A DNA stretch of 12,990 nt from a candidate division FCPU426 bacterium (lineage in GTDB: Bacteria > Oederibacteriota > JAAXVQ01 > JAUVAV01): positions 1 to 12,990 of the forward strand of contig DAOWGI010000014.1 of the NCBI GenBank assembly GCA_030637655.1, in the 5' to 3' direction. Below, one piece after another: positions 8,145-12,990 of this stretch (within the stretch, counting starts at the first letter, position 1; each line of letters opens with the position of its first letter). The notes beneath the pieces are model-generated. The model was not told the DNA's origin, did no database searches, and saw nothing but the letters and a program-made list of their open reading frames with translations. The translations under genes and the position numbers were made by a program.

Positions 8145-9158
8145 ATGTTTAAAAAAAGTTTCAAGGAAAAGAAATTGCTGGGTTTGGCATTTTCAGTATC
8201 AATGGCGGTTCATATTACGCTGTTTTTAACTACCGTCTTGATGGGTCAAACTATTATGCGTAAACCCATGTTGCAATTAACCGAGATTGATATTATCGAG
8301 CCGCTGGAGGTTCCGGAAGTGCAGGAGATTATCGCCCTGCCGCCGCCAAAAAAAAGCGTATTTAACATGATTAAAAAAGTTGTGCCCGTGAAAAAGCGAA
8401 AACCGCGGATTAGACGTCCACAGCCGGGCGGCGCAGCAAAAAAAACAACAGCAAAAAAAGCAACAACAAAAAAACGGGTTTACACAGGAGCGCCATTGAT
8501 TTCGAAAAAATCCATAGGCGGCAGCGGCCAGGCCGGCCGGCAACCCATGATTTCCAGAAAAGCAGCAGGACAACGTACCGGCACCGGCGCCCCAAAGTGG
8601 GACAGCGGTCCAGGTAACCGGGTGAGCAGCGGGCGCAAATTGAATCTTTCTAAGTCGCTTTCTTTGCCGGAAGGATACCATCAGGGTGTGGTGGATGCGA
8701 ATATAGCCGCCGCCTTAAAAGGCAAGCGGGGTGAATTAAGCCTGCATAAAAATAGTAATATCAATGCCATTGTAGGCAATGTTACCCAGCGAAAAAGAAT
8801 GGGGCTGGCAGCCGGGCGGGGTAGCGGCTCCGGGGCTAATTTAAAAGGTTTTCGCGATGCTTTCGCGGTTTTTGGGCAGATTAAAAACCGTAAAATCATA
8901 CATATGAAAATGCCTCGTTACCCGGCTTGGGCCGAAGAGCAAGGCATAGAGGCGTCGGTCAAGATTCATGTAGGGGTGCTGGCCGGCGGGGCCGTGGATG
9001 AAAGCAGTATTTACGTGGAATCCACCAGCGGCTATCCGCAATTGGATAAGCTGGCGTTACAAGCCATAAGTTATTTTTATTTCGCGCCTTTGCCGAAAAA
9101 AAAGCCTCAGGTTATGCAATCTGGAAGCGTTCGTTTTGTTTTCCGGTTGAAGCGATAA
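8145..9158 (+). CDS. tonB: TonB-family energy transducer with a Lys/Arg/Gly-rich linker
   Basis: N-terminal TM anchor with the S-x3-H motif (SMAVH), then a low-complexity linker. TonB_C domain PRYPAWAEEQGIEASVKIHVGV...VESTSGYPQLDKLALQAI..FYFAP...VRFVFRL. Lies directly downstream of exbB-exbD-exbD. Confidence 0.88.
   Translation: MFKKSFKEKKLLGLAFSVSMAVHITLFLTTVLMGQTIMRKPMLQLTEIDIIEPLEVPEVQEIIALPPPKKSVFNMIKKVVPVKKRKPRIRRPQPGGAAKKTTAKKATTKKRVYTGAPLISKKSIGGSGQAGRQPMISRKAAGQRTGTGAPKWDSGPGNRVSSGRKLNLSKSLSLPEGYHQGVVDANIAAALKGKRGELSLHKNSNINAIVGNVTQRKRMGLAAGRGSGSGANLKGFRDAFAVFGQIKNRKIIHMKMPRYPAWAEEQGIEASVKIHVGVLAGGAVDESSIYVESTSGYPQLDKLALQAISYFYFAPLPKKKPQVMQSGSVRFVFRLKR
8436..8474 (+). repeat. Imperfect 15-bp in-frame tandem repeat encoding AKKTT-AKKAT-TKK
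   Basis: GCAAAAAAAACAACA / GCAAAAAAAGCAACA / ACAAAAAAA, containing A8, A7 and A7 runs. Confidence 0.75.
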
Positions 9159-9226
9159 TTTTGTAATAAGTTGGTTAATTTTTGTTGCGGGAATGACATA
9201 ATTGTCTAAATAAGGGAGGGAGAAGA

Positions 9227-10177
9227 TTGAAAACCCTGGCAGCCATAAATTTGAACTTTGCGCGGGTAGTGCTGAGTCTTGGCGTACTGGTGATTGTGAT
9301 ACCGGCTCAGGTAATCGGAGCCGCGACCACATCCGGGCCGCAAGGAAAGGATAAGTCAGCCCGTGTAAAGGCGGGCAAGGATTTTGTGGTATCCGGCGAG
9401 GATAAGCTGAAGGTTCGCTCGGATAAACTGATGCGTTCCCTGTTTATTGATGTTGACAAGCCTGTCCAGGAGGCTATGCAAGAATCTTCTAAATTATCCC
9501 GCGCGATCCTTCCGGAAAAAGAACTTAGCAGATATGAAAAAGCCGGTATGCTAAGCAAGAGCCGCATGACGTTTTCGCCCTGGCTGACACTGATTACCAA
9601 GCAACCGATTTTAGTCATTAGAACACAAAAAACGAATATGGCTATAAAAAGTTGGAAATTCACCATTTCCGATGAAACCGGCAGAGTGTTGTACTTAAAA
9701 ACCGGTGGCGGGAAGCTGCCGCCACAATACATTTGGGATGGCCGCTGCCGGGACGGGCGTCTGCTGGATGTAGGAGAGAGTTATTTTTATTCAATTACCC
9801 TGGTTGATAAAGCCGGCAACCCATTGCTTACCAGTTCTAAAATAAGAAGACTTAACAGCCTCGCATATTATGAAGAGAACAATTTAAACATCAAATTACT
9901 TTCCTCGGTTTTGTTTAAAAAAAAGATAAAATCTGAAATTTCCTCAATAGGTATTTCTTTAATGAACGAAAGCTGCGACTATATCATTAAAGATATCGGT
10001 CGCGAGACCCGGATTAATATTAACTGCGCTAATCCAAAGCTGGGCCAGGCTCAGGGACGAGCAGTGAAAGAATATATTGTTGAAAAAATGGCGCTGCCGA
10101 AAAATGATTTAAAAGTAAAAGTTCTGCCTTCCCATGATCGCTTAACCGATGGGGTACATATTATTTGCGTAAGATAA
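9227..10177 (+). CDS. Exported protein with an FlgD-type Ig domain and a degenerate OmpA/MotB-C-like C-terminal domain
   Basis: TTG start behind GGGAGGGAG; hydrophobic signal-like N-terminus. IKSWKFTISDETGRVL...LPPQYIWDGRCRDGRLL..GESYFYSITLVDKAGN is FlgD-Ig-like. LNIKLLSSVLF...SEIS..G..LM...AVKEYIVEKMALPKNDLKV resembles the OmpA-like fold pattern. Confidence 0.7.
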   Translation: MKTLAAINLNFARVVLSLGVLVIVIPAQVIGAATTSGPQGKDKSARVKAGKDFVVSGEDKLKVRSDKLMRSLFIDVDKPVQEAMQESSKLSRAILPEKELSRYEKAGMLSKSRMTFSPWLTLITKQPILVIRTQKTNMAIKSWKFTISDETGRVLYLKTGGGKLPPQYIWDGRCRDGRLLDVGESYFYSITLVDKAGNPLLTSSKIRRLNSLAYYEENNLNIKLLSSVLFKKKIKSEISSIGISLMNESCDYIIKDIGRETRININCANPKLGQAQGRAVKEYIVEKMALPKNDLKVKVLPSHDRLTDGVHIICVR

Positions 10178-10250
10178 AGCAGGGAGCGGTTGTTTATTAT
10201 AAGATGAATATAAGATAATTTTTCAGCACCTGAAAGGCGGTGAAGACATC

Positions 10251-11264
10251 GTGATGAAAAAGATATTGCGGTTTGCCATGTTGGCTATTGCATTGCTGGT
10301 TATGAGCCGATTAAGCTATGCCCAAGAAGAACAGATTACAGACAAAGACATTTTAAATCTTGATGAGCAAACCCTGAATTCTATTCTGGACGAATTAATA
10401 GGGCAGCTTGATGGTGATACTAACCTGGAAGTACCTTCGCCGCCACTTGAGCCTGAACCTCAGGTTGAACAGGCGGAAGAGCCTATGCCGCAGGTGGAGG
10501 CGCCGGTGGAGGATACAACTGCTTTCATGGTTGAGCCGGTTGAAGCAGAGCCGGAAGTAAGTGAAGAGCCTTGGTTTGGATCTGATTATGCGGCAGAGGA
10601 AGCTGTGGCGGAAGAACCGGTTCCTGTAGTAGAAGACCAGGTCGAGCCGCCAATGGAAGAGCCAAGTCCGGAGTTTGCAGCATCGGATGATTATATGCCT
10701 GAACCTGATGTGGTAGAACCAGTGCAAGAGCCGGCTCCTGAGCTGATGATGATTGCCGAGGAACCTACGCTTGAACCCGAATTTGAACCCGAATTTGAAC
10801 CCGAATTTGAACCCGAATTTGAACCCGAAATGATACCTGATCCGCAAATTACTGCGCCTCCTGTGGAACCCGCTGAAGCATTTATGGCAACAGCTGAATC
10901 CTCGCCGGGACCAGAGGCGCGATCTAAAAAAAGCAAGATTATAAAGACCGAGGAACAGCTAAATACCCGGTATGTAAAAATATCCCGTCAACTCAGGGAT
11001 AATGAATTAATCACAGTGGGTGATGTGGTAATGTTACCGACTCCTGATTTCAAGATCATTCGTCTTAATGAACGGTATACAATTTATACACGTATGCGCA
11101 GGAATCTGCCGAATGTGAAATCCGGAATTTTCACTTGGTATGAAAAGGTCGGTGAATTGAATATATTGGAAATCAATGGGCGAGTCAGTTTGGCGCGTGT
11201 GGTTGCAGCCTGCAACATTATCAAAAAAGGTGATGTGGTTCATTTAACAGTTATGGGTGATTGA
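10251..11264 (+). CDS. Exported protein with a long acidic Glu/Pro-rich linker and an FlgT_C/TsaP-like C-terminal domain
   Basis: Start is GTG 10251 or ATG 10254; signal peptide MKKILRFAMLAIALLVMSRLSYA|QE. About 190 aa of E/P-rich disordered sequence follow. The C-terminal GDVVML...RYTIY...KVGELNILEINGRVSLARVVAACNIIKKGDVV resembles the FlgT_C/TsaP pattern. The CDS itself is solid; the domain call is tentative. Confidence 0.7.
   Translation: MMKKILRFAMLAIALLVMSRLSYAQEEQITDKDILNLDEQTLNSILDELIGQLDGDTNLEVPSPPLEPEPQVEQAEEPMPQVEAPVEDTTAFMVEPVEAEPEVSEEPWFGSDYAAEEAVAEEPVPVVEDQVEPPMEEPSPEFAASDDYMPEPDVVEPVQEPAPELMMIAEEPTLEPEFEPEFEPEFEPEFEPEMIPDPQITAPPVEPAEAFMATAESSPGPEARSKKSKIIKTEEQLNTRYVKISRQLRDNELITVGDVVMLPTPDFKIIRLNERYTIYTRMRRNLPNVKSGIFTWYEKVGELNILEINGRVSLARVVAACNIIKKGDVVHLTVMGD
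10771..10829 (+). repeat. Perfect 12-bp tandem repeat (TTGAACCCGAAT) x4.9 encoding (EPEF)n
   Basis: Read directly; no synonymous differences between units. Confidence 0.95.
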
Positions 11265-11287
11265 TCCGACTTCACAGATTAGTTTGC

Positions 11288-11560
11288 TAACCCAGACAAG
11301 CTGGAACCAAATCCAGCCGCTGATACACGCCGAGTGAAATTTTTTGTATCCATAACCCGGACAAGCCGGAACTGAAAATCTTTGACAGGATTATCAGGAT
11401 ATACGGGATTTTAAATAAATTCTATCAATCCTGTTATCCTGTCAAAAGAAATTTTTTACGCTTTTTACGGCGAATAATTTTCTTGCCAAAAAAGCAAGAA
11501 TTTAAGACGTAAGTTAATAAAGCTATAAATATCTGCGTTCATCCGCGTTCATCGGCGGTT
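11288..11560. repeat. Nested inverted/direct repeat cluster between convergent genes
   Basis: Direct repeat TAACCCRGACAAGCYGGAAC at 11288-11307 and 11353-11372. Inverted pair TTTGACAGGATTATCAGGAT (11381-11400) / ATCCTGTTATCCTGTCAAA (11428-11446). Hairpin TTCTTGC-N7-GCAAGAA (11480-11500). Three tandem 10-mers ATCTGCGTTC ATCCGCGTTC ATCGGCGGTT (11531-11560), partly inverted with AGCCGCTGATACACGCCGA (11315-11333). Confidence 0.8.
11476..11503. terminator. Possible weak bidirectional terminator hairpin
   Basis: 7-bp stem TTCTTGC/GCAAGAA in an A/T-rich context between convergent stop codons. The U-tracts are short, and the larger 11381-11446 hairpin (followed by T-rich sequence) could serve the same role. 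Confidence 0.3.
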
Positions 11561-11570
11561 AATTTTCTTT

Positions 11571-12990
11571 TCATTTCCGCCTGATTATGCCGATTTTTCT
11601 GGTCTGTTTAACCGGCCGGCTGTTGTCCTGGGGCTTCACGATTATGCGGCAGATATAGCCACCACTGCCTAATATTACGCCTCTGCCGCTTCTGCCATCC
11701 CAGGAAATGGTATTCCGCTGCCCAATCGGAGTTCCCCGTCCGCCTTCTTCCCCGGCCTTGAACCTGAACCTTTTCACACAATCCCCTAAATAGGTATAAA
11801 TACCTATCTCCACATCCGCATCCTTGGTTAATACATAGGTTATGCTGGTTTTTTCCCGGGGTGCTGCAAAAGGATTAGGATAATTACTAAATTGAGTTAT
11901 TACTTTAGCAACAACGGATATGGTCGTAGTAGTGGTTGGAGTATTTGAAAAAATGGGCAATGGCGAGAGCGTAGGGGATGGAGTGAATGTCGCCGCTGGG
12001 GTAGGCGATATGGTAGCGGTTAGAGTATGTGAGGGCGTAATAGTATTGGTTGGGGTGTGAGTTGGCGTGCTAATAGTTGTTTCCGTGAATGTAGGGGTAT
12101 ACGTGGCCGTGCAGGTTGGCGTATCAGTTGGCGAAGCCGCGCCAGTGGGAGTAAAGGTTGGAGTACTAGTGTGTGTTTGTGTTCCAGTCAGCGTGGCAGT
12201 ATAAGTTGGAGTGTTGGTTGATGTGGATGTGCATGTCGGCGTATCGTTCGGTGTGGCCGTGTTCGTTGGCGTGATTGTATGAGTTGGCGTATTACTCGCT
12301 GTAACCGTTAAAGTTGGAGTGGCAGTGTTCGTTGGAGTATTGGTCGACGTTTCTGTCGGCGTAACTGTGCCCGTAGGAGTCACAGTACTCGTCGGCGTAT
12401 GGGTCGGTGTGTCTGTGGGTGTTGCCGTGCTGGTAGGAGTGTCTGTTGGCGTATCGTTTGGCGTGTCCGTGCTCGTTGGTGTAGTGGTCGATGTTAATGT
12501 ACTCGTCAGCGTTGCTGTCGGTGTGGTCGTTGGTGTATCTGTAGATGTAGCCGTACTAGTCGTTGTATTGGTAGGTGTCCCAGTTTGAGTGGCTGTATTA
12601 GTCGGTGTATTAGTCGGTGTATTAGTCGGTGTTACTGTCCGCGTTGCGGTACTGGTCGGAGTGTCTGTTGGCGTATCGTTTGGCGTGTCCGTGCTCGTTG
12701 GTGTATTGGTCGATGTTGATGTACTCGTCAGCGTTGCTGTCGGTGTGGTCGTTGGTGTATCTGTAGATGTAGCCGTACTAGTCGTTGTATTGGTAGGTGT
12801 CCCTGTAGGCGTGGCTGTACTTGTTGGCGTATTAGTCGGTGTTGTTGTCCGCGTTGCCGTACTGGTAGGAGTATCTGTTGGCGTATCGTTTGGCGTGTCC
12901 GTGCTCGTTGGTGTAGTGGTCGATGTTAATGTACTCGTCAGCGTTGCTGTCGGTGTGGTCGTTGGTGTATCTGTAGATGTAGCCGTACTA
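11571..12990 (-). CDS. 5'-truncated surface protein: Thr/Pro (T-X)n stalk plus C-terminal T9SS-like/FlgD-Ig sorting domain
   Basis: I read the frame from 12383 to the window edge and found no stop; nearly every second codon is Thr. The C-terminus is FSNYPNPF...[28 protein letters not shown]...[22 protein letters not shown]...[10 protein letters not shown]-stop. Confidence 0.9.
   Translation of the reverse strand, partial: STATSTDTPTTTPTATLTSTLTSTTTPTSTDTPNDTPTDTPTSTATRTTTPTNTPTSTATPTGTPTNTTTSTATSTDTPTTTPTATLTSTSTSTNTPTSTDTPNDTPTDTPTSTATRTVTPTNTPTNTPTNTATQTGTPTNTTTSTATSTDTPTTTPTATLTSTLTSTTTPTSTDTPNDTPTDTPTSTATPTDTPTHTPTSTVTPTGTVTPTETSTNTPTNTATPTLTVTASNTPTHTITPTNTATPNDTPTCTSTSTNTPTYTATLTGTQTHTSTPTFTPTGAASPTDTPTCTATYTPTFTETTISTPTHTPTNTITPSHTLTATISPTPAATFTPSPTLSPLPIFSNTPTTTTTISVVAKVITQFSNYPNPFAAPREKTSITYVLTKDADVEIGIYTYLGDCVKRFRFKAGEEGGRGTPIGQRNTISWDGRSGRGVILGSGGYICRIIVKPQDNSRPVKQTRKIGIIRRK
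12421..12990 (-). repeat. Long in-frame tandem repeats (units of 222 and 210 bp, third copy cut by the window edge) with an internal 12-bp VNTR
   Basis: Near-identical blocks start at 12421, 12643 and 12853. TGTATTAGTCGG x3 at 12594-12629 accounts for the 12-bp length difference between units. Confidence 0.92.

Noticed and set aside
6583-9158. Tol-Pal operon interpretation
   Set aside because: No TolB beta-propeller or Pal lipoprotein follows, and the transducer has a TonB-type YP motif and lacks the long helical TolA domain II.
10395-10936. Minus-strand ORFs with (FGFK)n and (SGSN)n repeats
   Set aside because: They are alternative-frame readings of the EPEF VNTR.
12319-12588. 89-aa Val/Gly-rich + strand ORF
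   Set aside because: It is the antisense shadow of the Thr/Pro repeat gene.

Overview
Cell-envelope locus of a diderm bacterium. Canonical Shine-Dalgarno sites argue against Bacteroidota. A + strand run encodes, in order: the 3' end of an Ig-like surface protein with a T9SS-like C-terminal sorting domain (CTD); a 2-TM/HAMP-only protein; a PorV/FadL-like outer-membrane barrel fused to an FlgD-type Ig domain; a ~1000-aa exported TPR protein; ExbB/TolQ; two ExbD/TolR paralogues; a TonB-like protein with a basic linker; an exported FlgD-Ig + degenerate OmpA-like protein; and an exported acidic Glu/Pro-rich protein with an FlgT_C/TsaP-like C-terminal domain. It converges on the 3' end of a Thr/Pro-repeat surface protein that also ends in a T9SS-like CTD. 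No TonB-dependent receptor, TolB/Pal or GldKLMN is visible in the window. The leading hypothesis (inference) is a T9SS-like export or surface-display machine energised by an ExbB-ExbD-ExbD-TonB motor rather than PorL/PorM. Intergenic spacers hold a 232-bp MITE (22-bp imperfect TIRs, 8-bp target duplication) and several nested families of short palindromic repeats. All family calls come from motif recognition by eye; no database search was run.
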